Assembly: GCA_040776945.1 (NCBI GenBank)
Contig: JAXGZN010000001.1
Location: forward strand, 512,001 to 576,000
Direction of reading: 5' to 3'
Origin: Methanomassiliicoccaceae archaeon
Lineage (GTDB): Archaea > Thermoplasmatota > Thermoplasmata > Methanomassiliicoccales > Methanomassiliicoccaceae
DNA length: 64,000 bases
Made by a program: the position numbers and the translations under genes
Shown: one piece after another, positions 9,497 through 19,014 of the stretch
How the letters are laid out: every line of letters starts with the position of its first letter
Numbering within the stretch: the stretch's first letter is position 1
The notes under the pieces: generated by a model
What the model saw: the letters and a program-made list of their open reading frames with translations, nothing else
The model's database searches: none
Told to the model about the DNA's origin: nothing

Positions 9497-10587
9497 ATCT
9501 TGCCCCCATAGTGGTCGATGATGGCCTCGCATACGCGATCGACGTCCTCGTCGGCGAGCGTGGGGAATACCGGCAGCGAGAGAACGCGGTCGGCAAGCCG
9601 CTCGCTTTCCGGGTACGAGCCTGGAGAGTACCCGAACGCGTCCCTGTACACCGGCTGCAGGTGAATGGGCACCGGATAGTGGACGGCGGTTTCGATGTCC
9701 CGGGATTGGAGCGATCTGGCCAGGGCGTCTCGGTCCTCGGCCCGGACCACGAAGAGGTGGAAGACCGGGGTGATGTCCCTGTTCCCCATTGGCGGAAGGA
9801 TCACCTCGGGAACGTCCCTGAGCTTCTCGGCGTACCGCCGCGCGATCGCCCGCCGCCGCTCGTTCCATCCGTCAAGGTTGCGCAGCTGCACCCGGCCGAA
9901 GGCGGCGTTGGCGGTGTTCAGCCGAGCGGTGAAGCCGAAGATGTCGTGGACGTACCTCGAGGTTCGCCCGCAGTCCCTGAGCTTTCGAAGGTCCGCGGCC
10001 AACCGCTCGTCGTTCGTAGTGATCATTCCCCCGTCTCCGCCCACGGTCATGTTCTTGGTCGCGTAGAAGGAGAAGCAGCCGGCGTCTCCTATGGACCCGG
10101 CCTTCTTGCCCTTGTATACCGCGCCGTGGGCCTGGCAGGCGTCCTCGATGATCTTCACTTTCTCCCCGACGGCCTCGCGGAGCTCGTCCATTCTCGCTGG
10201 CTGGCCGAACAGGTGCACGGGCATGATCGCGGCGGTGCCGCTCATCGTACGAACCTCGGCGGGATCGATGTTGAGGTCCTTCGGGGACGAGTCGGCGAAC
10301 ACCGGCGTGGCGCCGGCGTGAACGATGGAGTTGGCGGTGGCGATGAAGGAGAGCGGGGAGGTGATGACCTCCTTCCCCCGGACGTTCAGAGCAATGAGGG
10401 TCAGGACCAGGGCGTCCGTGCCTGATGACACCGATATCGCATGCTTCGTCCCGGTGTACCGGGCGAACTCCTCCTCGAACTTGAACACGCTCTCGCCGAG
10501 GACCATCCGCTCGTTGCGCACCGCGTCGGCCATTGCCTCCACCATCTCGTCGGTGACGGTCGGCCTGGATACAGGGATCTTGTTCAT
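9493..10587 (-). CDS. DegT/DnrJ/EryC1/StrS PLP aminotransferase (WbpE-like)
   Basis: SSGTDAL, PVHLFGQ, EDACQAHGA, FSFYATKNMT.GGDGG. Start ATG 10587 or GTG 10596. Confidence 0.92.
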   Translation of the reverse strand: MNKIPVSRPTVTDEMVEAMADAVRNERMVLGESVFKFEEEFARYTGTKHAISVSSGTDALVLTLIALNVRGKEVITSPLSFIATANSIVHAGATPVFADSSPKDLNIDPAEVRTMSGTAAIMPVHLFGQPARMDELREAVGEKVKIIEDACQAHGAVYKGKKAGSIGDAGCFSFYATKNMTVGGDGGMITTNDERLAADLRKLRDCGRTSRYVHDIFGFTARLNTANAAFGRVQLRNLDGWNERRRAIARRYAEKLRDVPEVILPPMGNRDITPVFHLFVVRAEDRDALARSLQSRDIETAVHYPVPIHLQPVYRDAFGYSPGSYPESERLADRVLSLPVFPTLADEDVDRVCEAIIDHYGGKI

Positions 10588-10592
10588 CTTGC

Positions 10593-11045
10593 TCACTTCC
10601 TCTTGATATCGCGGGCCGGGTTGCCGGCCACCACCGCTCCCGGAGGCACGTCCCTGGTGACCACCGCGCCGGCGCCCACCATGGCGTTCTCGCCTATCGT
10701 CACGCCGCACACGATGACCGCGCCGGCGCCGATGGAGGCGCCCTTCCTGACCACCGTCGGGGTGATCTCCCAGTCTCCCACCGCCCGGGGATGGAGGTCG
10801 TTGGTGAACGTCGCCCGAGGGCCTATGAAGACCTCGTCCTCGATGGTGACGCCCGTAGGGATGAACGCGAACGCCTCGACCTTCACCCGGTCACCGATGA
10901 CCACTCCGCGCTGTATCTCCACATAGGCGGCGATCCTGCACTCCCGGCCGATCCTGCACCCATAGAGGTTGACGAAATCGCGGACGATGGTGTCCTCTCC
11001 GATGTCGCAGTCCTTTATCGAGTAGTATTGGGCCAAGAGCTTCAT
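10593..11045 (-). CDS. Hexapeptide-repeat N-acetyltransferase (WbpD-like)
   Basis: Left-handed beta-helix repeats, FTND..PR, VVAGNPAR. A TATA-like TATTTATT about 30 nt upstream supports a leaderless ATG at 11045. Confidence 0.9.
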   Translation of the reverse strand: MKLLAQYYSIKDCDIGEDTIVRDFVNLYGCRIGRECRIAAYVEIQRGVVIGDRVKVEAFAFIPTGVTIEDEVFIGPRATFTNDLHPRAVGDWEITPTVVRKGASIGAGAVIVCGVTIGENAMVGAGAVVTRDVPPGAVVAGNPARDIKRK

Positions 11046-11092
11046 CTGGCCTGCGTAGCATCTGCCTGCCAATAAATATTTGCTGATGGCCT

Positions 11093-12433
11093 TCAGTCGT
11101 TCGCTCTGTTCCTCCAGGGCCGTCGGCCCCTGAAGGTCCCCTTCCCGATGCCGCGATAGACGAATCCCTCTGAACGGCAGGTTTCGGCCGAGAGCATGTT
11201 CCTCCCGTCCACGATGACAGGGGTGCTCATTTCGGCCTTCAGGTTGTGCAGGTCGAGGCCCCAGTAGCAGGAATGATCTGTCACGATGACCAGGCAGTCC
11301 GCTCCGTTGACCGCCTCTTCGAGCTCGCGCACAAGGGGCGCGCGGTATCCCTTCGCCACGTACGGGTCGTGGACCACCAGGTCAGCGCGGCCGTGCAGCC
11401 GGTCGATGATGGTCAGCGCCGGCGAGTGTCTCGTGTCGTCCGAGTCCCGGAGGAACGCCAGGCCTAGAATGGCGACCCGGGAGCTCTCGATCTCCCGGCC
11501 GGCCTCCGATAGCGCATCCTCTACCAGCTCGACCATGTGCACCGGCATGTGCTCGTTCGTCTCGCGAGCGGAGGTGATGATCGTCGGCTTGAACTCGTTG
11601 AGCGACGAGGTGAACAGCCACGAGTCCTTCGGAAGGCAATGGCCGCCCACGCCGGCCCCGGGGATGTGCATGTCGCGGAAGGGGCAGGTGTTGACGAGGC
11701 GCCGCACTTCGAACGCGTCGGCGCCCAGCTCCTCGCAGGCGAGCGCGACCTCATTGGCGAACGCGATCTGCACGTCCCGGTAGGCGTTCTCCAGCGTCTT
11801 GGATATCTCGGCGTGCAGCAGATCGGAGGTATGCAGCTTCCCTTCCATGATCATGGAGTACAGCTTCTTTCCAGCCTCCACCGATGGAGGGTCGTACCCC
11901 CCGAGGACCCGGTCGTACTCCTTCAGGTTCCTCAACAACCGGCCCGGCATCACTCGCTCGGGACAGTGCACCAAGAGAAAATCCCTCCCCGTCTTCATGC
12001 CGCTGGACTCCTCGATAATAGGTATCACCAGATCCTGCATGGTCCGCGGAGGGAGCGTTGACTCGATGGACACCAGCGCCCCATGGCGCATGTGCTTCCC
12101 TACCGAGCTCACGGCGGACCTAAGGATGTCGAGCACCGGCCTCTTAGTGGCCTCGTCGATAGGCGTGTCCACACAAACGATGATGGCGTCCGCGGCCGAT
12201 ATCCGGGCGTAGTCGGTCGTCGCCACGAGCCTTCCGCTCCCGGCCGCCTCGGACATCAGTTCGGCCAGGCCGGGCTCCTCTCCCTCGATCGGCGATATGC
12301 CGCGGTTGATCTTGTCCACCCGCTCAGCGTCGATGTCCACTGCCAGCGTGCAAGCGCCCTTGGAGGCGAACATGCACGCTACCGGAAGCCCTACATATCC
12401 CGCTCCAATGATGGCGACCGACCGGATGCTCAT
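11093..12433 (-). CDS. Nucleotide-sugar 6-dehydrogenase (UDP-GlcNAc/ManNAc dehydrogenase, WbpA/WecC-like)
   Basis: GAGYVGLP, CPERVMPG, KTLENAYRDV, GVGGHCLPKD. Confidence 0.92.
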   Translation of the reverse strand: MSIRSVAIIGAGYVGLPVACMFASKGACTLAVDIDAERVDKINRGISPIEGEEPGLAELMSEAAGSGRLVATTDYARISAADAIIVCVDTPIDEATKRPVLDILRSAVSSVGKHMRHGALVSIESTLPPRTMQDLVIPIIEESSGMKTGRDFLLVHCPERVMPGRLLRNLKEYDRVLGGYDPPSVEAGKKLYSMIMEGKLHTSDLLHAEISKTLENAYRDVQIAFANEVALACEELGADAFEVRRLVNTCPFRDMHIPGAGVGGHCLPKDSWLFTSSLNEFKPTIITSARETNEHMPVHMVELVEDALSEAGREIESSRVAILGLAFLRDSDDTRHSPALTIIDRLHGRADLVVHDPYVAKGYRAPLVRELEEAVNGADCLVIVTDHSCYWGLDLHNLKAEMSTPVIVDGRNMLSAETCRSEGFVYRGIGKGTFRGRRPWRNRAND

Positions 12434-12531
12434 GCCGCCAGCAACGGGGACGCCGGACTTAAGGGTTTTGTGAGCGGTCCGTACTGGCTCTGTGGAAAAG
12501 GTTTAGAAGCGAGGACGACGCTTATCGCGGC

Positions 12532-13506
12532 ATGCTCAGGGTGGGAGTGATCGGCACCGGTTCCATGGGTCAGAACCATGCCCGCATATATTCAGAGATG
12601 GGTTGCCTGGCCGGCATCTTCGACGTGGACGCCGAGGCCGCTGGCAAGGTATCCCGTAAGCTCGGCGTCACGCCGTGCTCCAACATGGACGATCTCTTCC
12701 GGAACGTTGACGCGGTTAGCGTTTGCACCCCGACCCATTGCCATTATGACACAGCTGTTAAGGCCATCGAGCTCGGAAAGGCGGTGCTGGTGGAGAAGCC
12801 GTTCACCGGGGATGTGGAGAAGGCCAGGAAGATATGCGAGCTGGCAGAGAACAAGGGCGTCACCATCGCCTCTGGGTTCGTGGAGCGCTTCAATCCCGTG
12901 GTGTCCGCGACCAGGGACGCCATCACCTCCGGCCGCTTCGGCAAGGTGGTGTCCATAGCTTCACGCCGCGTGTCATCGTATCCTTTCCGTATCCGCGACG
13001 TCGGGGTCATCATGGACCTGGCCATTCACGACGTGGATGTCATACGATACCTTACAAGGGAGCGGATCGACTCGGTGTACGCGCTGGGCGGGAAGATGTC
13101 CAACGACCGCTTCGAGGATCACGCCACCCTGCTGCTGCAGACGGCCAGCGGTTCAACGGGCATGGTCGAGGTGAACTGGCTGACCCCGATGAAGGTGCGC
13201 AAGGTCTCCATCACCTGCTCCGACGGCTATGCGGTTATGGACTACATGGACCAGAGCCTGCAGTTCTCGACTTCCCGCATGGACCACATTGACACATCGA
13301 ACATGGCCTCCATGCCCATCGAACTGGACACCCATCAGGTGTACGTCCGCAGGGAGGAGCCGCTGAAGCGGGAGCTCACGAGCTTCGTGGACGCGGCGGA
13401 AAGGGGCGACCGGTCGGAATGCGACGGCTGGAACGCCCTGGACAATGTGACCATCTGCTCCGCGGCGCTGACATCTATGAAAAAAGGGTGCCGCGTGTCG
13501 GTCTAA
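12532..13506 (+). CDS. Gfo/Idh/MocA oxidoreductase (second WbpB-like copy)
   Basis: GTGSMGQNH, VLVEKP, GFVERFNP, DLAIHD, NWLTPMK. Confidence 0.9.
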   Translation: MLRVGVIGTGSMGQNHARIYSEMGCLAGIFDVDAEAAGKVSRKLGVTPCSNMDDLFRNVDAVSVCTPTHCHYDTAVKAIELGKAVLVEKPFTGDVEKARKICELAENKGVTIASGFVERFNPVVSATRDAITSGRFGKVVSIASRRVSSYPFRIRDVGVIMDLAIHDVDVIRYLTRERIDSVYALGGKMSNDRFEDHATLLLQTASGSTGMVEVNWLTPMKVRKVSITCSDGYAVMDYMDQSLQFSTSRMDHIDTSNMASMPIELDTHQVYVRREEPLKRELTSFVDAAERGDRSECDGWNALDNVTICSAALTSMKKGCRVSV

Positions 13507-13746
13507 GCCAGCCCCGCGCTTCGGTCCTCGGCGCACCGCCGGCTGTCCTCACGCGCTGCGCCACGAGCTCGCGGGACCTTTTCCGTGTCGGATATGATGT
13601 AAGACCATTGTGACGGGGGACATGGTCTTCTCGATCGGACGGGGAATTTGAGCGCTCGAGGCCCAAAGCGTTCCTTTGGCAATGCCATCGTCCCGATATG
13701 CGACACCAACCTTTTTTATGATAGTTAACGCATAGTGTGACCTCTC

Positions 13747-14565
13747 ATGTTGGTGAGCGTGGTCCTGAACATCATGAACGAGGAGCGGTACATCGCCGAT
13801 CTCCTGGACAGCCTGGTCATACAGGAGGGTCCGCTGGAGATCGTGGTCGTGGACGCTGGCTCCCAGGACCGCACCCGGGACATCGTGGGCAGTTACGAGG
13901 CCAAGTATCCTGACCTGATCAGGATGCACGTGCACCCTGGCAGGCGGGGAGAGAGCACCAACTACGGGATATCGAAGGCCCGCGGAGAGATTATCGCCTT
14001 CACCGGCGGCGATGATCTCGCGAACCCCAACTGGGTCCGCGAGCTGAGGAGGAGCTTCGAGCAGGGCGCAGACATCGTCGCAGGCCGCTCGATCATGATC
14101 GGCCTCAAGGCCTGGGAGGACCTTGACCGCGTGGAGCTTTTCCACAAGGGCTACGACGTATCGTACCCCTCGGCGAACATGGCCTTCCGCCGGGAGGTAC
14201 TGCAGAAGGTGGGAGGGTTCGACACCTGGTTCATCACCGCCGAAGACATTGACCTTAACTATCGAGCCGTCGACGCTGGGTACAGGATCACTTGGAACCC
14301 CGACGCCATAGTGTATCGACGCACGAAGTCCACGGTCTACGGGTTCTTCAAGCAGGCGTTCTGGAACGGGGCGGGCAGGAAGCAGCTTACCCTGAAGCAT
14401 GGCAACCTGTGGGGTCGCTACGACCCGCTTCGCATGTTCAAGCAGAAGATGACCTTCTGGGCGCTAATGCGCCTCGCCGTAGCGCTTATGGGCTACATCG
14501 GCTTCAAGCTGTTCGACGACAAGGGCCCCTATGGCAGGAAGAAACGGGCCAGCCGAGCCGACTAG
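13747..14565 (+). CDS. Glycosyltransferase family 2
   Basis: VVVDAGSQD, SANMAFRR...GGFD, AEDIDL; C-terminal hydrophobic segment. Confidence 0.88.
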   Translation: MLVSVVLNIMNEERYIADLLDSLVIQEGPLEIVVVDAGSQDRTRDIVGSYEAKYPDLIRMHVHPGRRGESTNYGISKARGEIIAFTGGDDLANPNWVRELRRSFEQGADIVAGRSIMIGLKAWEDLDRVELFHKGYDVSYPSANMAFRREVLQKVGGFDTWFITAEDIDLNYRAVDAGYRITWNPDAIVYRRTKSTVYGFFKQAFWNGAGRKQLTLKHGNLWGRYDPLRMFKQKMTFWALMRLAVALMGYIGFKLFDDKGPYGRKKRASRAD

Positions 14566-14613
14566 GCCGGGCACATTATTATATTCACTTTCCGTTCATG
14601 TTGAGGGTCCTTC

Positions 14614-15312
14614 TTGAAGCTCAGCATAGTCATCCCCACGCTAAACGAGGCGAAGAGCATTGGCGAGGTCATCGACGAGCTGAGGTCTAACCTTGACGGC
14701 AGGGGTCTCGATTACGAGATCATGATCGTCGACGGCCGTTCGAGCGATGACACCAGGAGCATCGCCGGGGAGCGGGGGGCGGTGATCGTGGACGAGCCCC
14801 GAAAAGGCTATGGCAGAGCGTATAAGACCGGCTTCGAGCGGGCGCGGGGAGACATAATCGCCACCATGGACGGCGACTGGACGTACCCGGCCGAGGCCAT
14901 ATTGCCACTGATGGAGATGCTGGAGCGTGATGATCTGGAGTTCATCACCACCGACCGCTTCGGCCACATGGAGCCGGGAGCGATGAGCAACATGCACAAG
15001 ATCGGGAACCTGGCGCTCTCGTTCACCACCCGCCTGCTGTTCGGCCGCAAGATCCGGGACTCGCAGAGCGGTATGTGGGTGTTCCGCCGGGAAGCGCTCA
15101 GCAAGCTCAACCTCACCAACGACGGGATGCCCTTCTCCGAGGAGATCAAGATCGAGGCGTTCCGCAAGCTGCGCTCCAGGGAGGTCATGATAGCCTACCG
15201 CAAGCGGGTGGGCGAGGTCAAGCTGTCCTCGTGGCGTGACGGCTGGTACAACTTCAGCTTCCTTCTGATCAAGAGGTTCCGGGGACCTAAAGATAGGTCC
15301 TTGCATTCCTGA
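14614..15312 (+). CDS. Glycosyltransferase family 2, Dpm1-like (polyprenyl-phosphate glycosyltransferase)
   Basis: VIPTLNEA, VDGRS.D, GYG.A..TG, MDGDWTYP, DSQSG; TTG start. Confidence 0.88.
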   Translation: MKLSIVIPTLNEAKSIGEVIDELRSNLDGRGLDYEIMIVDGRSSDDTRSIAGERGAVIVDEPRKGYGRAYKTGFERARGDIIATMDGDWTYPAEAILPLMEMLERDDLEFITTDRFGHMEPGAMSNMHKIGNLALSFTTRLLFGRKIRDSQSGMWVFRREALSKLNLTNDGMPFSEEIKIEAFRKLRSREVMIAYRKRVGEVKLSSWRDGWYNFSFLLIKRFRGPKDRSLHS

Positions 15313-15814
15313 TGCTCTCCCGGATGCTGTCCTTCACTTTTCGGTTATAAAAGCTGGCCGCCGGGTGATAGGCTGGTATGAGGATAGCATCCTTTCCCCT
15401 GATGGTTATCTTGCGGGGCCTGTTCACCTCGTCCCTCATGACCACCGGACGCTTCAGCAGGTCCCTGGCCGCCGAGCGGCCTAGGGTTATGATCACCTTG
15501 CGGCCCTCCAGCTCGGACTCCAGGCAGGGGAGGCAGGCGTCCATCTCCGCCTGGGTCGGCTCCCGGTTCCCTGGGGGCCGGCACTTAACGGTGTTGGTGA
15601 TGAAGACCTTGCTGCGGTCGAGGCCTTCCTCTTCCAGGAGCTGATTGAGGACCCGCCCTGACAAGCCGACGAACGGTCTGCCAGCCTCGTCCTCCTTGGC
15701 CCCCGGGGCCTCGCCTACGAATGCGATCGGCGACGATGGGTCGCCCTCAGGCATCACCACATTGGTACGACCCGTGCAAAGCGCGCAGCGCCGACAATCC
15801 TTGGACGCGGTCAT
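15287..15814 (-). CDS. udg: Uracil-DNA glycosylase family 4
   Basis: CRRCALC Fe-S motif, GEAPG, KCRPPGNREP, YHPA. Start ATG 15814 overlaps the pyrE stop. Confidence 0.92.
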   Translation of the reverse strand: MTASKDCRRCALCTGRTNVVMPEGDPSSPIAFVGEAPGAKEDEAGRPFVGLSGRVLNQLLEEEGLDRSKVFITNTVKCRPPGNREPTQAEMDACLPCLESELEGRKVIITLGRSAARDLLKRPVVMRDEVNRPRKITIRGKDAILIPAYHPAASFYNRKVKDSIRESIRNARTYL

Positions 15815-16341
15815 CTCCTCAGGACGTCCTCGGCGGTGACGAGAGCTGACAGCTTCACTCCGATGTCGCCCAGCTTTCGCCCGCCACCCTCCTGGCGGTC
15901 CACCACGCACAGCACGTCGTCCACCACCCCCCCGGCGGCACGGACGATGCCGATCGCCTCGACGACCGAGCCAGCAGAGGTCACCACGTCCTCGACCATG
16001 AGGACCTTCTCTCCCTGTCCGAGCGTTCCCTCGATCATCTTCTGGGTGCCGTGGTCCTTCTTCTCCCTGCGCACCATGATATACGGGATCTTGGTCCTCA
16101 GGGACAACGCCACCGCCAGAGGAATGGAGCCGAGCACGACGCCGGCGATCTTGTCGACCTCGAGGCCACGCATCTGGACCTCCCTGGCCATCTCATCGGC
16201 GATGGTCTCCAGGACATACGGGTCGGTGCTCGCCTTCTTAATGTCGATATAGTATTCGCTCTTCTTCCCCGATGCCAGGGTGAAATCGCCATACATGAGC
16301 GCGCTGCAGCGCACCAGTGCCTCCTTGGTCCTCTTGTTCAT
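15811..16341 (-). CDS. pyrE: Orotate phosphoribosyltransferase
   Basis: FTLASGKKS.YYID, RREKKDHG, VEDVVTSAGS PRPP motif. Confidence 0.95.
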   Translation of the reverse strand: MNKRTKEALVRCSALMYGDFTLASGKKSEYYIDIKKASTDPYVLETIADEMAREVQMRGLEVDKIAGVVLGSIPLAVALSLRTKIPYIMVRREKKDHGTQKMIEGTLGQGEKVLMVEDVVTSAGSVVEAIGIVRAAGGVVDDVLCVVDRQEGGGRKLGDIGVKLSALVTAEDVLRR

Positions 16342-16342
16342 G

Positions 16343-16906
16343 TCACCAGGGCTCCTTCTTCTTGCCCATCTTGTATCCGATGATGTTGACGGTGCGGTGC
16401 AGCACCGGTACGAACACCAGGAGGGTCACCAGGGCAACGATGCCATCCCCGCTCACATATCGTGAGGCGATCCACGCCGGGAACAGCAACGCGGTGATGC
16501 CCAGTCCCCCGGCGACGAAGTCGTACTGATCGAGAACTGGGGCCTTGTGCCCGCGCTCCATTCCCAGCCGGCGCTTGATGAGCGCCCCGGTCATGTCTCC
16601 CAGCAGCGAGCCGAGGGCCAGGGCGAACACTACGCCCAGAGCGTCCATCCCGCCTCCCCAGGTCCATTGCTCGGGGAACTCAAATATCATTGAGATCATT
16701 ATCAGCAGTATGCCCAGGGACGTCCCGGCGGCGACCCCGCCGAACAGGCCGGTCCAGGTCTTGCCGTCCCCCAGGATGCGCTTTCCCCTCCAGGTGCGGC
16801 CCAGATCGACCGGCGCGCCGCCGCCGAACAGCACTGCCGCCGAGTTCGGCAACAGCGCTGGCAGGAAGAGGAATATGCCGCTGAGGGCCGCCGAGATAAT
16901 GTCCAT
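16343..16906 (-). CDS. carS: CDP-archaeol synthase
   Basis: N..AVLFGGG.PVD.G, GDGKTW.G, GD...ALIKRRLG..RG...PVLDQYDF. Confidence 0.93.
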   Translation of the reverse strand: MDIISAALSGIFLFLPALLPNSAAVLFGGGAPVDLGRTWRGKRILGDGKTWTGLFGGVAAGTSLGILLIMISMIFEFPEQWTWGGGMDALGVVFALALGSLLGDMTGALIKRRLGMERGHKAPVLDQYDFVAGGLGITALLFPAWIASRYVSGDGIVALVTLLVFVPVLHRTVNIIGYKMGKKKEPW

Positions 16907-17056
16907 CGTTGCCGGGAAGGCGCATCCGATAGATTACCTTTATCGGCCGAGGAGCTGAGGGGGGGCGCGCGGGACGTGAACCGGCGCAGCGGTGCCTGGT
17001 CCGGAGCCCCCGGATTCGGCGGAAACGCTAATGCCGTCCAAGCCGATGATGGTTTC

Positions 17057-17395
17057 ATGAAGATCGTCAATCTGTGCGACGCCGAGTGCAAGGCCAACCC
17101 TCACGGGGTGGAGGCCAAGAACATGTATGACCATGAGCACGCTCTTATCACTCATCTGATGCTCCTGCCCGGTCAAGCATTGAAGAGACACATCACGCCG
17201 GTGGACGTGGCGTTCTACGTCCTCGAAGGGCGCGGTGAGGTGGAGATAGGCGAGGAGAAGGAGATCGTCGGCCAGGACGCCATGATAGAGAGCCCCAAGG
17301 GCATCCCGCACCTGTGGCGCAACGTCGGGACCTCTCCGCTTCGCGTCCTGGTGATGAAGCTCCCCCGGCCCGCCGGGAAGACCAAGGTGCTATAG
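17057..17395 (+). CDS. Cupin domain protein
   Basis: HITPVDVAFYVLEG.G and SPKGIPH cupin motifs. Start ATG 17057. Confidence 0.85.
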   Translation: MKIVNLCDAECKANPHGVEAKNMYDHEHALITHLMLLPGQALKRHITPVDVAFYVLEGRGEVEIGEEKEIVGQDAMIESPKGIPHLWRNVGTSPLRVLVMKLPRPAGKTKVL

Positions 17396-18169
17396 GCTGG
17401 AGACCGCCCCGTCCCAGATCATGTAGAAGTTGCCCTTCATCTGGGCGGCGACCTCCGATCGCGGCATCCAGATAGCGACCGAACTGGCCACATCGGGGAC
17501 CTCCCCGACCACCGGGGAGAACATGATCATGATGTCCCTCCCGTCGGTAACGATGAACTTGATCATGGGCGTGCGCATGGTCCGCACCTCCTCGGTGAGC
17601 GGCCTCAGCTCCTTGACCAGATCTATCTCGCCTTCTGCAGTGACGATGGTCGGCCGGGTCATTACCCTCACCCTGACCCCTCTCCTCCTAAGTTCGGGAG
17701 CGACTTGCACCATGGCCTCCAGTTCCTCCCGCAGGTAGAGCGCCCCTAGCAGCAGTACTTCCTCGCGCGCCCGCTCTAGCATGTCCCTCGCACGGGCAGC
17801 GATGTTCTGCGACCCCCGGACCATCCATGCATTGGGCGGTTCCCTCTCCACCACGCCATCGTACCGGGTGCGCATCTCCATCATCGTCGAGTCCAGCTCG
17901 TCGTTCATCCTCTCCCGGCGAAGGCCCATGGCCTCCCGGGGGTCCCGAGCAGTGTAGATCAGGGGGCGGGTCCCCGAGGCCGCGACCCATTCCTCCCTCA
18001 CCAGACGGCGGAGGACCTCGTAGACCTTGGAGCGCGGCACCCCTGACCTTTCGGCCACGGCGGCGGCGCCTTGCGGGCCGTGGGTGACCAGTGCGAGATA
18101 GGCGCGTGCTCCATAATCGGTCAGTCCCAGCCTCTTCAGGTTGGCGATAAGCCTATCGTCATGCTTCAT
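17390..18169 (-). CDS. TrmB family transcriptional regulator
   Basis: LGLTDY.ARAY, SGVPRSKVYEVL HTH, plus C-terminal effector domain. Confidence 0.9.
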   Translation of the reverse strand: MKHDDRLIANLKRLGLTDYGARAYLALVTHGPQGAAAVAERSGVPRSKVYEVLRRLVREEWVAASGTRPLIYTARDPREAMGLRRERMNDELDSTMMEMRTRYDGVVEREPPNAWMVRGSQNIAARARDMLERAREEVLLLGALYLREELEAMVQVAPELRRRGVRVRVMTRPTIVTAEGEIDLVKELRPLTEEVRTMRTPMIKFIVTDGRDIMIMFSPVVGEVPDVASSVAIWMPRSEVAAQMKGNFYMIWDGAVSSL

Positions 18170-18232
18170 CTTCCCACAACACCCTCAGAGAGTGACAGCA
18201 AAAATAAGTATCCCTATGATGGAGGGGGGCTC

Positions 18233-18988
18233 ATGACAATACCTCCCATGCTGATCGGCCTGGTCTTCTCGCTGGCGATGATCGCGGTCCTTGGAATCCT
18301 GCTGTCACGACGAAAGGTCACGCGGCGAGTGGCCGTCCTCATGCAGATCGCGGTCCTGCTGGTGGCGGGCCTGATGCTGGGCGGCGTCCCGAACCCGATC
18401 GCGCAGCTGGACAGCGGCGTGAGATCGCTGTCGCACGGCCAGCTCCCATTGCTGCCCCTGGTAGGACTGGGCCTTCTGCTTGCGACCGCCTTGATCATGG
18501 GCAGGGCCTTCTGCGGCTACGCTTGCCCCCTGGGAGCTGCCCAGGAGCTCATGTCCTTGCCGATGAAGCGCAAGGTCAAGATCGGAAGGAAGCTTGCGGG
18601 CCGGGTCCGATGGGGCTTCTTCGCCCTCTTCATAGCCCTGGCCGCACTGACCGCCCTCTATCCCAAGTACGACCCGTTCACGTTCTTCGGCCTGGGATGG
18701 GCTCTCCCGCCGACCATTGCCTTCGCCGCGATCATGACGGCTTCGCTGTTCGTGTACCGGCCGTGGTGCGAGCTCCTGTGCCCCTTCGGAGCGCTGGCTT
18801 CGCTGGCGTCGCGACGGAGCGTGCTCCGGCTCCGCCGGAACGATGACTGCGTGGACTGCGGCCGCTGCGTGCGCGCCTGCCCTACGGAGGAACCGAAGGC
18901 TGGAGCGACCATGGAGCGGTGCTATTACTGTGGCCGATGCTTGGAGGTATGTCCCAAGGACGCTCTCGTGTTCGGACGGGGCCCCTGA
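18233..18988 (+). CDS. Membrane 4Fe-4S binding protein (NapH/MauN-like)
   Basis: GRAFCGYACPLG and RPWC..LCPFG motifs, two CxxCxxCxxxCP clusters, several TM helices. Confidence 0.88.
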   Translation: MTIPPMLIGLVFSLAMIAVLGILLSRRKVTRRVAVLMQIAVLLVAGLMLGGVPNPIAQLDSGVRSLSHGQLPLLPLVGLGLLLATALIMGRAFCGYACPLGAAQELMSLPMKRKVKIGRKLAGRVRWGFFALFIALAALTALYPKYDPFTFFGLGWALPPTIAFAAIMTASLFVYRPWCELLCPFGALASLASRRSVLRLRRNDDCVDCGRCVRACPTEEPKAGATMERCYYCGRCLEVCPKDALVFGRGP

Positions 18989-19014
18989 GAACAGGCCTTC
19001 CAGGTCGTCGGAGC

